A DNA stretch of 62,693 nt, the filler included, from Methanobacteriota archaeon (GTDB taxonomy: Archaea; JACRDV01): assembly GCA_024860865.1 (NCBI GenBank). It is 5 parts of 5 records of this genome, joined end to end, with 100 filler letters (N's around TTAATTAATTAA, not from the genome) between each part and the next. Parts side by side here need not be neighbours in the genome. Positions count along the whole stretch, not along the records: positions 1 to 23,713 come from JACRDV010000108.1; 4 more parts are not named here. One strand, given 5' to 3'. Made by a program: the position numbers and the translations under genes. Within the stretch, counting starts at the first letter, position 1. The number at the start of each line of letters is the position of its first letter. Below, piece after piece: positions 1 to 10,645 of this stretch. The notes below the pieces were generated by a model. The model did no database searches. It was given only the letters and a program-made list of their open reading frames with translations, and was not told the origin of the DNA.

Positions 1-628
1 ATAGAATTTGAAGAAAAGATGAAAGATGAAGCAAAAATATTGGTGTTCACTCAAGAAACCGAATGTCCCCTTTGCAAAGAAACTAGAGAGCTTGTGCAAG
101 AGATTGCTGCTCTTTCGGGTAAAATTAAAGTAGAAATATATGACTTTATTAAAGATAGCGAGAAAGCTAAGGAATACTATATAAACAAAATACCTGCAAT
201 TGCTTTAGTAGGAAAAAAAGATTATGGAATTAGGTTTTTCGGAGCGCCAGCCGGCTATGAGGTTTCGCCATTTATAGAAGACATAATAGATGTTTGTTTC
301 TATAGGAACGACGAATCTCTCAGAAAGGACAAAAGATAGACTAAAATCAATAAATAAACCAATTCATATCCAAGTATTCGTTCTTCCTACATGTCCTCAT
401 TGCCCTAAAGCAGTTAGGCTAGCACATCAACTTGCAACCGAGAGCGATTTCATAAGAGCAGATGTGATTGAAGCTACAGAGTTTCCTCATTTAGCGCACA
501 AGTATAATGTTATGGGTGTTCCAAAAATTGTTATTAATGAAATAATTGAGTTTGCAGGCGCAATTCCAGAAGACCATTTTATCGAGCATATAATGTTAGC
601 GTTGCATCCAAGTATGATGTATGCATAA
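1..628 (+). pseudogene. Archaeal protein-disulfide oxidoreductase (two thioredoxin domains), frameshifted; 5' end outside window
   Basis: ORF 19-339 has CPLC and GIRFFGAPAGYE; ORF 290-628 has CPHC and VMGVP. Removing one copy of the TGTT duplication at 291-298 joins them as IIDVSIGTTNLS. Confidence 0.8.
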
Positions 629-1331
629 TTCAATATTTAGTTGTAGCTTATTAAGTTTTTATAATTCTTTTAAAATTTGGGGATATCTTGTGAGACCTTT
701 ATCTAAGAAAATTCTCAATGATACTGCAAAAGTGAGGGCAAGATATGATCGCATTTCTTATCTGTATGATATAATGGAATTACCTACTGAAAAGCTTCTT
801 TTCAGCGCATGGCGCAAGAAATTATTCCAATATATAAATGGTGGAAAGATATTAGAGATAGGTGTAGGAACTGGAAAAAACCTTAGATACTACCCAATGA
901 ATATTGAAGCTATTGCTATAGATTTCAGTAAAAAGATGCTAGAAAGAGCAAAACGTAAGGCAGAAAAGGGAAACATAAAAGTTGATCTTAAAGAGATGGA
1001 TGCGCAAAAATTAGAATTTAGAGATAATTCTTTTAATACCGTTTTCGCAACATTTGTTTACTGCTCAGTGCCGGATCCTATTAAAGGGTTACAAGAGATT
1101 AGAAGAGTTTGTAAACCAGATGGAAAGGTGATACTTTTAGAGCATGTAAGACCAAGATCTTTCATTGGCCGGGTATTTGATCTTCTTAACCCCTTAATTG
1201 TAAGGATGACTGGGGTAAATATAAATCGAAACACAGTTGAGAATGCAAAAAAGGCTGGGCTCGAAGTCATAAGGGAAGAAAATCTTTTTTTGGATATAGT
1301 TAAGTTTATTATTGTTAGGCCGATAAAATAG
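621..1331 (+). CDS. Class I SAM-dependent methyltransferase (UbiE-like); real start probably the GTG near 690
   Basis: ILEIGVGTG SAM-binding motif I, DAQKLEF, VILLEH. Confidence 0.85.
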   Translation: MHNSIFSCSLLSFYNSFKIWGYLVRPLSKKILNDTAKVRARYDRISYLYDIMELPTEKLLFSAWRKKLFQYINGGKILEIGVGTGKNLRYYPMNIEAIAIDFSKKMLERAKRKAEKGNIKVDLKEMDAQKLEFRDNSFNTVFATFVYCSVPDPIKGLQEIRRVCKPDGKVILLEHVRPRSFIGRVFDLLNPLIVRMTGVNINRNTVENAKKAGLEVIREENLFLDIVKFIIVRPIK

Positions 1332-1444
1332 AAGAAGAATTTTTACTGATAAGACAACCATTTTTTAACCAATTTCTAGGGGATCTAGGGGAGATATCTT
1401 TATATCGATAATCCTATTGAATGAGTCTCAGAAATATTGGAGGG

Positions 1445-1585
1445 ATGAACGCGGTGGCTAAAGGTGACAGATACAAGTGTGGGAAATGCGGTATTGTAGT
1501 GACAGTAGACGAGCTCTGCGGTTGCACAGCCTGTGACCTGATATGTTGCGGAGTACCTATGAAACCTGCTAAAAAGAAGAAGTAA
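1445..1585 (+). CDS. 46-aa desulforedoxin-like Cys-rich protein (below ORF-track cutoff)
   Basis: MNAVAKGDRYKCGKCGIVVTVDELCGCTACDLICCGVPMKPAKKKK; YKCxxCG and LICCGxPM motifs; GGAGG upstream. Confidence 0.75.
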   Translation: MNAVAKGDRYKCGKCGIVVTVDELCGCTACDLICCGVPMKPAKKKK

Positions 1586-1623
1586 CTTGTGAGTTGTCAA
1601 GAGTAATTATTAAAAAACCGAGA

Positions 1624-2154
1624 TTAATATTCAATACCTTTGCGCGCAAACACGCCTTTTCTCATTGGGTGTTTTCTATCAAACATCTCTGTAACGAGAT
1701 CAGCGCGAGCTATAAGTTCTTTTGGAGCACGACGTCCAGTTAAAATAACTGTTGTTTCGCGGGGAATATTATCCAAAAGTTCTAGAACATCTTTTAGCTT
1801 TAACAGACCAAATGCAACAGCTAAATTTATTTCATCGAGAATTAAAAGCTTCGGCTTTTTCTTTAAAGCTTCTTTGGCAAAGGCAAGCGCTTTTTCAGCT
1901 AATTTTATGTCAATTGTATCAGGATTATATAAGTCTATAAATTCTCTTCGACCAAACTGATGAATCTCATATTCAGGCGATAGTCTCTTTTTTATTTTGT
2001 ACTCGCCGATATTTTTGCGCCCTTTCATAAATTGTATTATAATTACTTTATAGCCGTGCCCTACTGCTCTTAATGCAAGTCCAAAAGCATTTGTTGTTTT
2101 CCCCTCTCCCTCTCCGGTGTATAGATGGATAAATCCTCTCTTTCTTCTTGCCAT
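1624..2154 (-). CDS. cobA: Cob(I)alamin adenosyltransferase (CobA/BtuR)
   Basis: YTGEGEGKTTNAFG, QFMKG, ILDEI, LTGR, C-terminal GIEY. Confidence 0.92.
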   Translation of the reverse strand: MARRKRGFIHLYTGEGEGKTTNAFGLALRAVGHGYKVIIIQFMKGRKNIGEYKIKKRLSPEYEIHQFGRREFIDLYNPDTIDIKLAEKALAFAKEALKKKPKLLILDEINLAVAFGLLKLKDVLELLDNIPRETTVILTGRRAPKELIARADLVTEMFDRKHPMRKGVFARKGIEY

Positions 2155-2166
2155 TGTAACATCTCG

Positions 2167-5100
2167 TTAGAATGGACATACACCAGTTGGGCATTCACCT
2201 GCATATTCAGATTCTGCTGTTACTTGCTCTCTTCCTCCTTCGGTTTTGCTTACGGTTGGACCAATGTATAGAACTTGTTCTTTTTTGCTTCCATATCTAT
2301 AGATAGTAACACCTTTGCATTTGAGTTTATAAGCTAGCCAAAAGATTTTTCTAACATCTTCTAAGGTGGCTTCGTGAGGCAGATTTACGGTTTTGGCTAC
2401 TGCGTTATCCACGTATTTTTGAAAGGCGGCTTGCATTCTAACATGCCATTCAGGAGAAATATCCAAAGAAGTGACAAATATTTCACGAATATCCTCTGAA
2501 ATTTCTTTCATATTTTGTATTGAGCCTTTTCTAGCTATCTTCATCATTAACTCAGTGCTGTAAAGACCTCTTTCCTTCATTATTTTTTCAAAGTATTGGT
2601 TTACTTCAAGCAATTGAGTTCCCATAACATTGCGAATGAAAGAAATTGCAAAGTTAGGCTCTATGCCAGAGCTGCACCCAGCGATTATACTTATAGTTCC
2701 CGTTGGAGCAACTGCAGTTAATGTAGCATTTCGCATTGCTTTGTAGCCCTTTTCTTTCCAAATACTAACTTCAAAGTTTGGAAACGGGCTTCTTTCAAGG
2801 GCAAGCTTAACTGATTTTTTCCTAGCTTCATCAGAAATAAATTTCATTAGTTTTTCAGCAATAGAAAGAGCTTCCTCTGAGTCATAACGAATTCCAAGCT
2901 TAAGCAGAGCATCTGCAAAACCCATTATCCCCAATCCAATTTTTCTATTTGCTTTAGTCATTTTTTCTATTTCAGGCAGTGGATATTTGTTAGCATCAAT
3001 AACATTATCTAAAAAGTGAACTGTTGTGTAAACCGTTCTTCTTAATTTTTCCCAATCGATTTCTTTCTTTTCTTCATTAACCATTTTTGATAAATTAATT
3101 GAACCTAAATTGCATGATTCATAAGGCAAGAGAGGAACTTCACCACAATTGTGTGTGATGATACCATTTGCTGAAAAAGAATTTGTTGTGGGTTCATTTA
3201 GATCATAAACTTCGTCCACGCCAATTGGTTCAACTGTTTCTACTTGAAGATTTGGGTTCTCCTTGAAGATTCTTTGGGGTTTAATGCGTTCGAACTTTAA
3301 AGTCTTGGAGGAAAGGCAGAAGCCTATTTCCTTGATGAATTTGAACATGCTTTCTCTTGTGATAACCAGCTCATGCTCTGCATGGCAATGGTATTTCTTC
3401 ATACCTCCTTTCGAATCTGGAAGAAACTTCCATCTAGCATTTCGCCTGTTTTCATAGATTCTAGAATAAATGCCAAACTGTAAGAGGAGTAACTGAACTT
3501 GTTTTAGTAACTTCAGTGAAACTGATACAAGCCGAATACTTACTCCCTTTCTCCTGTTTCCCTGTGGTGAACTGTCAGCACTAAACAGAGCTGAGAGAAA
3601 GTTTCTAACAGATTCTCGATCCATTGTGAAAACTGAACTGGGAACTGCTTTCTTACACGTTTCAGTAGGTTCTACTCCTAAATCATAGAATAATTTAGCG
3701 ATTTTAGAAGAATATTTCAGTCTTACTTCATTACCGTAGAATTGAGATTTTATTTCTCTTTTGTTCAGCTTATCTAAATACCGCTTAAGAACAGGCATTA
3801 TTTCAAGTTTCTCACCTGTATTAAAATTAAGAATAACATCCTCTAAGTTTCTCGTCAAACAGCCATCTCCAATTAACCATCCCAAAGCAAGAGCTAACTC
3901 CCTATCTACGTGGAATGTACCAAATTTTCCATCCGCTTGGAGAACTAGTCTATCATTTCCAGTCAGTTCTCTAGCAGGTTTCCAAATACCGTTGGCTGTT
4001 AGAAACCTATGATCCGGAGTGGCCTTCACTTCATAGCCAGCTTTAGTTTTAATTTTGTAAACTTCTTTAAAACCAGTCCTCCCAACCCACGCTATGGAAT
4101 GGAAAGCTCCGTCTCTTGCTAAAACTCGCTGCGGATTATGCAGATTATCTATTCGTACCAGACCTTCATCCGTGGTAACGAAGGTATCTCTCGTAACACA
4201 CGGGTTTGTACTCTCAATTGCTCCTAACGTCGGTGTTGGATTATGGCGATTTATTTCATCAATAAATACAATTCCAGGATCTCCAGTTCTCCAAGCCATG
4301 GTAACTATAAGATCAAAGACATCTCTTGCACGAAGCTTTTTCACTGATTTCCCTGTTCTGGGATTTATTAAATCATATTGTTCATCTTTTTCTACTGCTT
4401 CCATAAATTTGTCTGTAACAGCAACTGATATGTTAAAATTGGCGAGCTGGCCTTCCTTCTCTTTTGCTGTGATAAACTCAATTATGTCCGGATGATCAAC
4501 TCGCAAAATACCCATGTTTGCGCCACGTCTCTTCCCTCCGGATTTGATGACATCAGTTGCAACATCGAAAACCCGCATGAATGAACAAGGACCTGAGGCA
4601 ACACTTTTTGTTGATTTAACCATGTCACCCTTCGGTCTTAACTTGGAAAATGAATATCCAACGCCTCCACCACTCTGGAATATAAGAGCCGCATTCTTCA
4701 CCGCTTCAAAAATAGAAGGAAGGCTATCAGAAACGTCGAGAACAAAGCAAGCAGCCAACTGCGCAAGCTCGGTTCCCGCATTAAAAAGTGTCGGTGAATT
4801 CGGGAGGAACTCAAGATTTGCCATTAGTTGATAAAATTCTTCTTCAGTTTTTTTTACATCTGCATTTTTATCATAAATAAGATCAGGAATAGCAATCGCT
4901 TTTGCCACTCTGCGAAACATTTGTGCTGGCGTTTCAATCAAATTTCCTTTTTCATCTTTTAGCAGGTATCTTCTCTCTAAAACGCTTGTTGCATTCAAGG
5001 GTAATTTTAATTCATCATAAACTCCAATGAATTTTTTTGCTTCTCTAAGCTCAGTGCGCTTCTGCCTGTAAAGGATGTATGCCTTTGCAACATTTGCTAA

Positions 5101-5343
5101 GCCATTTCTAATAAGAACTTCTTCTACGATATCTTGAACATCTTCAACGCCGGGAATTTTGCCTTTAAATTTTTCTTCAATAGTTGAAACTACTTGGTCA
5201 GATAATTGTTTAGCTAAAATCCCGTCTTCGCTTTTTACGGCAAGGATAGCTTTGTGAATGGCATTTGTAATTTTTTCCTGCTCAAATTTAGCAATCCTTC
5301 CATCTCGCTTTCGAATTTCAGAAATCTGAATTTGAGTTGTCAT
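2167..5343 (-). CDS. nrdJ: Class II (adenosylcobalamin-dependent) ribonucleotide reductase with N-terminal ATP cone and an intein
   Basis: KRDG ATP cone, [22 protein letters not shown]|intein|CGE, APTGTIS, C-terminal CPTGVC. Confidence 0.95.
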   Translation of the reverse strand: MTTQIQISEIRKRDGRIAKFEQEKITNAIHKAILAVKSEDGILAKQLSDQVVSTIEEKFKGKIPGVEDVQDIVEEVLIRNGLANVAKAYILYRQKRTELREAKKFIGVYDELKLPLNATSVLERRYLLKDEKGNLIETPAQMFRRVAKAIAIPDLIYDKNADVKKTEEEFYQLMANLEFLPNSPTLFNAGTELAQLAACFVLDVSDSLPSIFEAVKNAALIFQSGGGVGYSFSKLRPKGDMVKSTKSVASGPCSFMRVFDVATDVIKSGGKRRGANMGILRVDHPDIIEFITAKEKEGQLANFNISVAVTDKFMEAVEKDEQYDLINPRTGKSVKKLRARDVFDLIVTMAWRTGDPGIVFIDEINRHNPTPTLGAIESTNPCVTRDTFVTTDEGLVRIDNLHNPQRVLARDGAFHSIAWVGRTGFKEVYKIKTKAGYEVKATPDHRFLTANGIWKPARELTGNDRLVLQADGKFGTFHVDRELALALGWLIGDGCLTRNLEDVILNFNTGEKLEIMPVLKRYLDKLNKREIKSQFYGNEVRLKYSSKIAKLFYDLGVEPTETCKKAVPSSVFTMDRESVRNFLSALFSADSSPQGNRRKGVSIRLVSVSLKLLKQVQLLLLQFGIYSRIYENRRNARWKFLPDSKGGMKKYHCHAEHELVITRESMFKFIKEIGFCLSSKTLKFERIKPQRIFKENPNLQVETVEPIGVDEVYDLNEPTTNSFSANGIITHNCGEVPLLPYESCNLGSINLSKMVNEEKKEIDWEKLRRTVYTTVHFLDNVIDANKYPLPEIEKMTKANRKIGLGIMGFADALLKLGIRYDSEEALSIAEKLMKFISDEARKKSVKLALERSPFPNFEVSIWKEKGYKAMRNATLTAVAPTGTISIIAGCSSGIEPNFAISFIRNVMGTQLLEVNQYFEKIMKERGLYSTELMMKIARKGSIQNMKEISEDIREIFVTSLDISPEWHVRMQAAFQKYVDNAVAKTVNLPHEATLEDVRKIFWLAYKLKCKGVTIYRYGSKKEQVLYIGPTVSKTEGGREQVTAESEYAGECPTGVCPF
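3148..4200 (-). mobile_element. 351-aa intein with LAGLIDADG homing endonuclease, inserted just before the catalytic Cys of NrdJ
   Basis: Starts CVTRDT, block [16 protein letters not shown] and LSALFSADS motifs, ends VYDL...ITHN followed by CGEVPL. Confidence 0.93.
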
Positions 5344-5390
5344 GTTATTCCTTATTTTTTAAACATAACATAAATTGAGGAAAAAATTAG

Positions 5391-5837
5391 TTATTCGATC
5401 TTTACCGAGATGCGCTTCACTTGTTTTGGAATATGAATTTCCAATATCCCCATTTTGAACTTTGCTTTTGCTTTTTCAGGCTCAACTTTAGCTGGAAGTT
5501 TCATCGATTTATGAAATGCACAGAACTCAACTTCGCGTTGAATAGTCCCCCATCTTTCAAAGCGAATTCCCCTTCGCATCGTTGCCTCAATTTCTAAAGT
5601 ATCTTCTGTAGAGTGAATTTTGATATTTTCTTTTGCAACATTAGGCAAGTCCGCTGTTACAATTACTTCATTTTGAGTTTCTATTACATCCGTTAATGGT
5701 TCAAAGCATCCCCTGCTGATATCCCAACTAGGTCTTTCGCGAAACATTTCAAAAAATTCTTCAAAGCTATCCTCAATTCTTTTTTGCATTTCATCGAGCA
5801 GTTCTATTAGTGATCTTCTTCTTAGCATTCTTATCAA
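5391..5837 (-). CDS. Small heat-shock protein Hsp20
   Basis: Alpha-crystallin domain: PLTDV, ADLP, AKFKMGILEIHIPK, C-terminal IxI-like motif. Confidence 0.9.
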   Translation of the reverse strand: MIRMLRRRSLIELLDEMQKRIEDSFEEFFEMFRERPSWDISRGCFEPLTDVIETQNEVIVTADLPNVAKENIKIHSTEDTLEIEATMRRGIRFERWGTIQREVEFCAFHKSMKLPAKVEPEKAKAKFKMGILEIHIPKQVKRISVKIE

Positions 5838-6592
5838 CCATACATTGGAGGAATTTCATACTCGCGAGCTTTTCCAATTGTTCTCATAGTTTTATCTGTT
5901 TGTTTCATCAGATCGCGCATTTTCAATCGGATTTCATCGGCTTTTTCTAACAATTCTTTTACATCAACCTTTAAATCTAATATTTTAGAAGCTGCAGTTA
6001 CTGCAGAAGCTGCAGCTCCAGGATCAGGATAGCCGTGGAAAGCTTGTGCCATGAGAAAGATAGCCGGTATCCTCTCTTTTTTACACTCCCACATTATAGT
6101 TGCATAAGCTCCAACTATTACGCCTTCTTCGATTTTCTCAATAGCACTTTCCTTAATGATTCCCATTGCTCTTTCATCGCTTCCTGTTGCATAGACCTTA
6201 GGATTTTCGATATCTTCGCGATTTGGAACAGGTGTTCCACCAAGTGCTAAGATCATTCTAGCATTTTTGGACTTAGCCCATTTGACTACTGTCCTTGCAA
6301 ATTGATGAAGTATATCTGGTGGAATGGGAATTTCAGATGTGATTAAAAGAAACCCACCATTCCCATAAATGCGAAATGGCGAATGAATCTCTCCCTTGTG
6401 CAATATAGTTACTGGTGGAAATAAATCCGATTCAATATAACCTATCTTATTCATTTTAAGCGCATGAACTAAGTGCTCAGCTGATATTATACCAACAAGT
6501 CCAACGTCAGGTAAACCAAGAATTATGGCGGGGGTATCCTTTTTGATAATTTCTTCTTCAACAAAACTTATTTCTTCAGACATTTTTATCAC
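5834..6592 (-). CDS. Proteasome assembly chaperone (PAC2 family)
   Basis: GLPDVGLVG, PDPGAA, C-terminal HbYX-like MYG. Confidence 0.88.
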   Translation of the reverse strand: MIKMSEEISFVEEEIIKKDTPAIILGLPDVGLVGIISAEHLVHALKMNKIGYIESDLFPPVTILHKGEIHSPFRIYGNGGFLLITSEIPIPPDILHQFARTVVKWAKSKNARMILALGGTPVPNREDIENPKVYATGSDERAMGIIKESAIEKIEEGVIVGAYATIMWECKKERIPAIFLMAQAFHGYPDPGAAASAVTAASKILDLKVDVKELLEKADEIRLKMRDLMKQTDKTMRTIGKAREYEIPPMYG

Positions 6593-6675
6593 TAATTTAG
6601 TTTCAGTCTTTTACGGTAAATTTTTTACGGTATAACATAAGCTAAAAGCCCCTAAGAAAACAAAAAACAAAAAGA

Positions 6676-7929
6676 TTAAGGCCAAAGACCTAGTGTTTCT
6701 ATAGCCTCTGCAACTCTGCCAACGCCTAGCATTAATGCAGCAGTTCTCATATCAACTTCATTTTTCTCAGAAGTTTCATAAACATCATCGAATGCTTCCA
6801 GCATTTTATATTCAAGTTTTTTGATGAATTCCTCTTCACTCCAGTGTTCTCTATGAAGATTTTGTAGCCATTCAAAATAGCTCGCTAAAACACCCCCTGC
6901 ATTAGCCAAAATATCAGGAATTACAATTATTCCTTTTTTTGATAGTATTTCATCAGCTTCAGGTGTTGTAGGTGCATTAGCTGCTTCTGTTATTATTTTA
7001 GCCTTTATTTTATCTGCATTTGCTTTGGTTATTTGGTTTTCAAGCGCAGCTGGAACCAAAATATCGCATTCTAATTCAAGAAGCTCTTCATTTGTTATTC
7101 CTTTGCACTCTTCAAATCCTATCACAGACCCTGATTTTTCTTTATGCTTTAGCACTTTAATTGGGTCAATTCCATTCGGGTTATATATCCCTCCTCTAGA
7201 ATCGCTTACGGCAATAATTTTGCAGCCTTCTTTTTTTAGTAAAATTGCAGCACTTGCTCCAACATTGCCATATCCTTGCACAGCAACAGTCATATCTTTA
7301 AATCGTTTTCCTATTTTTGAAACCATTTCTTTTGTGCACAACACAACTCCTCTAGAGGGAGCATCTGCTCGTCCCTCAGATCCACCTATAATTAGAGGTT
7401 TACCGGTAGCAATTTCTGGCACACTATACCCTCGAAACTGGCTATAGGTGTCGGTAATCCACGCCATAATTTGAGGATTGGTGCCAACATCTGAGGCAGG
7501 TATATCTCTATAAGGACCAATTAAATCCAGAATCATAGAAGTATACCTTCGAGTCAAGCGCTCCAATTCAACAAGGGACATCTCTTTCGGGTTGCAAGCA
7601 ATACCACCCTTTGCGCCTCCATAGGGGATGTCCACAACTGCGCATTTCCATGTCATCAATGCTGCTAGTGCTTTTACTTCATCTAAAGTGACATCGGGAT
7701 GATATCTAGTTCCACCCTTGTAAGGACCTCTTGCATCATGATATTGTACTCTGTATCCTGTAAAAGATCGTATATTACCATTATCCATTCTTATCGATAC
7801 TGATACAATTAGTGCCCGCTTTGGTTGTTTTAGAATCTCATGGATTCCTGGGTCTAAGTTTAATTTTTCAGCAGCTATATCCAATTGTTTTAAAACAACT
7901 TTAAATGGGTTGGGTTTTTCCTCACTCAT
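6676..7929 (-). CDS. gdhA: Glutamate dehydrogenase (Glu/Leu/Phe/Val family)
   Basis: GPYKGG, PYGGAKGG, QGYGNVG, PDILANAGGV. Confidence 0.93.
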   Translation of the reverse strand: MSEEKPNPFKVVLKQLDIAAEKLNLDPGIHEILKQPKRALIVSVSIRMDNGNIRSFTGYRVQYHDARGPYKGGTRYHPDVTLDEVKALAALMTWKCAVVDIPYGGAKGGIACNPKEMSLVELERLTRRYTSMILDLIGPYRDIPASDVGTNPQIMAWITDTYSQFRGYSVPEIATGKPLIIGGSEGRADAPSRGVVLCTKEMVSKIGKRFKDMTVAVQGYGNVGASAAILLKKEGCKIIAVSDSRGGIYNPNGIDPIKVLKHKEKSGSVIGFEECKGITNEELLELECDILVPAALENQITKANADKIKAKIITEAANAPTTPEADEILSKKGIIVIPDILANAGGVLASYFEWLQNLHREHWSEEEFIKKLEYKMLEAFDDVYETSEKNEVDMRTAALMLGVGRVAEAIETLGLWP

Positions 7930-8129
7930 TTGAAATTCCTCCTGTCACTAAATTAATTTTAGTTATTTTATTTAATTTGATTCTATAAAGAAGGTAAAAT
8001 TATTTTTAGTTTATTTCATATTGTAATGTAAACAACAAATATACAGTTAAAATTTGGCACAAGAAACTTAAAATAGTTAACTTTTTGCATCCTAAGTTGG
8101 AAAAAATGCTTTGAATAGAGGAGGAAAAA

Positions 8130-8354
8130 ATGCCAGTAAAGAAATATACAAGCAAAGATGGTAGATTCACAATTGAGATAGATGAAGACAAATGCATAGC
8201 AGCTGGAGAATGCGTAAATTCGTGTCCTGTAAGTCTTTATGAAATAATAGATAGCAAATCAAATCCAGTCAGAATAGATGATTGCACTGAATGCTGTGTC
8301 TGTGTAGAAGTTTGCCCAACAGGAGCGATTAAACATAGTTCGTGCCCAAAATAG
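8130..8354 (+). CDS. Ferredoxin (dicluster, probably 3Fe/4Fe)
   Basis: CIAAGECVNSCP and CTECCVCVEVCP. Confidence 0.88.
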   Translation: MPVKKYTSKDGRFTIEIDEDKCIAAGECVNSCPVSLYEIIDSKSNPVRIDDCTECCVCVEVCPTGAIKHSSCPK

Positions 8355-8438
8355 CATAATCGAAGGCTGAAACTGCACTTCGTAAATACTCCGTTGATAG
8401 TTGATAATTAAAAAAGAAAGAGAGTATGGGGGCAAATA

Positions 8439-8876
8439 CTAAATCTCTTCAAGCATCGTTGTGAATGTATCATGGTGCTCTTCCTCATCTTCCAAAATTT
8501 CCTTGAACATGAAAGCTGTGGTCACATCACCCTCACTTTCAGCCTGCTTTGTTATCAGCTTATAAAAGCTTATTGCATCTTCCTCTGCTTTCACATCTAT
8601 TTCAAGAAATTCTTTTAAGCTGCCTCCAACATCTATTGGCTTTGGCTTGGTAGTTGGCGTTCCAGTCAAATACCATAATCTTTCTGCAATAGTTTCTGCA
8701 TGCTTCATCTCGGTTATTGCAATTTTCTTGAAGATATCCTGCACAGCAACTGCTTTCACACCAATAACCTGCATGTGCTGCCACATATACTGGATACTTA
8801 CTGCAATTTCCATTGCTATTGCATCGTTTAACATTTCTTTCAATTTGTCGCTAACTTTTGTTGCTGGAGCAATCAT
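8439..8876 (-). CDS. Ferritin-like diiron protein (bacterioferritin/DPS-like)
   Basis: E..IQY, EMKHAE and EDEEEH ferroxidase motifs. Confidence 0.85.
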   Translation of the reverse strand: MIAPATKVSDKLKEMLNDAIAMEIAVSIQYMWQHMQVIGVKAVAVQDIFKKIAITEMKHAETIAERLWYLTGTPTTKPKPIDVGGSLKEFLEIDVKAEEDAISFYKLITKQAESEGDVTTAFMFKEILEDEEEHHDTFTTMLEEI

Positions 8877-9256
8877 ATTTTACTACCTCCTTTTTCCGTG
8901 TGTAGAATCGGCGGCTAAATAATCTACACTTCTGATATTAAAGTTAATGGTAAAGAAATGACCGATTAAAGCTATTTCTCTGGAGAATAGAAGGCATCAA
9001 GCGAACATAAGATCTTTTTTTAAGGAAACCTAAGTCTGAAAAGGCCATGGCGTCTTTGATAGAAAAATTTGAGGTATAAACTGGCACAAGAGTTAAAAAT
9101 GAATTATAGCACAAGGGGGACGAGAAAAAGAGCGTCAAAATGCTATTGGAGTGGATAAGAGAGAAAGACAATTTAAGACAACATTAAAAAATATGAATTT
9201 AATTTTTAATAATATTCTCTTAATTTACCTCTAACTCTGATTTTGATTTACTATTT

Positions 9257-9370
9257 TTAATCGCTTATTTTCCTAAAATCAGATTTTGGGGCTCCGCACA
9301 CCGAACACACTTCTGGTGGCTCTTCACCTTCATGAATATACCCGCAAACAGTGCATTCCCATTTTGCTAA
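9257..9370 (-). CDS. Short rubredoxin-like protein (37 aa); no canonical start, predicted TTA start
   Basis: (L)AKWECTVCGYIHEGEEPPEVCSVCGAPKSDFRKISD, starting 2 nt after the fprA stop. Confidence 0.75.
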   Translation of the reverse strand, partial: LAKWECTVCGYIHEGEEPPEVCSVCGAPKSDFRKISD

Positions 9371-9372
9371 AT

Positions 9373-10557
9373 CTAGTGTCCTTTAACCTTTCTTGCAACT
9401 TTTTTCCCCAGTTCAAAACATTCCCTAATTTCATTATCGTTAGGTACATATTTGATTTCAAGTCCAGGCTCTATCACATCAAAACCAGCTTTTTTTAATT
9501 CTTCGTTTATTGCTCTTACAGCCCCACCACCCCAACCATAAGAACCAAAGGCAGCTCCAATTTTACCTTTCGGTCTTAATCCTTTTAAGAACGACAAAAA
9601 ACCAGCTACAGTTGGAAACATTCCGTTATTGAGAGTGGGAGAGCCGACTAAAATTGCTTTAGCATCTAAAACCTCTTCAATTATATCGCTCCAATCGCTC
9701 TTGCGTAAATGAAACAATCTGACTTCAACTCCTTCGCTAGAAATGCCATTCAAAATTTCTTTTGCCATTTTATCTGTGCTTTCCCACATTGTGTCGTAAA
9801 TTATTAAGACCTTGTCTTTGGCTTTGCCTTCAGCCCAGTCAGCATAGGCTTGAATTATTCTCTCTGGGCTCTTGCGCCATATTGTGCCGTGAGCTGGGGC
9901 AATCATTTCTATCATTATGCCCATATCCTTGATTTCTTGAATTTTCTTTAATACCAAAGGTGCATAGGGCATTACAATGGTAGCATAGTATCTAGCTGCT
10001 GCATTCATTACCATATCTCCAACTTCATCCTCAAATCTTTGAGGAGTTGCGATATGTTGTCCAAAAGCATCATTTGGCAAAAGAATTCGATCTTCTTTAA
10101 TATACGTGAACATGCTGTCTGGCCAATGCAACATTGGAGCTGAAATGAACAATAAGTTCTTTTTGCCTAGATTTAGTTCATCGCCAGTTTTCACAGTGAT
10201 AAAATCACAACTGATCTTATGGTGTTTAAGCAGCCCTTCCTTACCCTTTTCTGTTGCAATCACTCTGGCTTTAGTAGCCTCTTTCATTACATCTGGCAAG
10301 CTTCCTGAGTGATCCATCTCTGCATGATTTGAAATAACATAATCGATTTTCTTAGGATCTATAATATCCTTAATCCTTGTTAACATTTCATCAGAAAAAC
10401 CATGCTTTACAACGTCAACCAGTGCTACCTTCTCATCAATAATTAAGTAAGCATTGTACGTTGTTCCTCTAGGGGTGCTATAGGAGCCGCAAAACCGTAT
10501 ATTCCAATCTATAGCACCGACCCAATAAACTCCTTCAGCTAATTTTATTTCATTCAT
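9373..10557 (-). CDS. fprA: Flavodiiron protein (FprA family, O2/NO reductase)
   Basis: GTTYNAY, HAEMDHSG, HWPDSM, DAFGQH, PAHG, flavodoxin GSYGWGG. Confidence 0.95.
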   Translation of the reverse strand: MNEIKLAEGVYWVGAIDWNIRFCGSYSTPRGTTYNAYLIIDEKVALVDVVKHGFSDEMLTRIKDIIDPKKIDYVISNHAEMDHSGSLPDVMKEATKARVIATEKGKEGLLKHHKISCDFITVKTGDELNLGKKNLLFISAPMLHWPDSMFTYIKEDRILLPNDAFGQHIATPQRFEDEVGDMVMNAAARYYATIVMPYAPLVLKKIQEIKDMGIMIEMIAPAHGTIWRKSPERIIQAYADWAEGKAKDKVLIIYDTMWESTDKMAKEILNGISSEGVEVRLFHLRKSDWSDIIEEVLDAKAILVGSPTLNNGMFPTVAGFLSFLKGLRPKGKIGAAFGSYGWGGGAVRAINEELKKAGFDVIEPGLEIKYVPNDNEIRECFELGKKVARKVKGH

Positions 10558-10645
10558 TCTAAACTTTCCCCCTATCTCAATTTATTTAATTTTTGAAAAA
10601 GCTCTTAAGGAATTAATTGTTATTTATTTTAACTACTTACTTACG

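Noticed and set aside
8946-9030. ATG GTA AAG AAA TGA CCG ATT AAA GCT ATT resembling a ferredoxin (U)PxxAI motif
   Set aside because: No other cysteines or homology; more likely decayed or random sequence.
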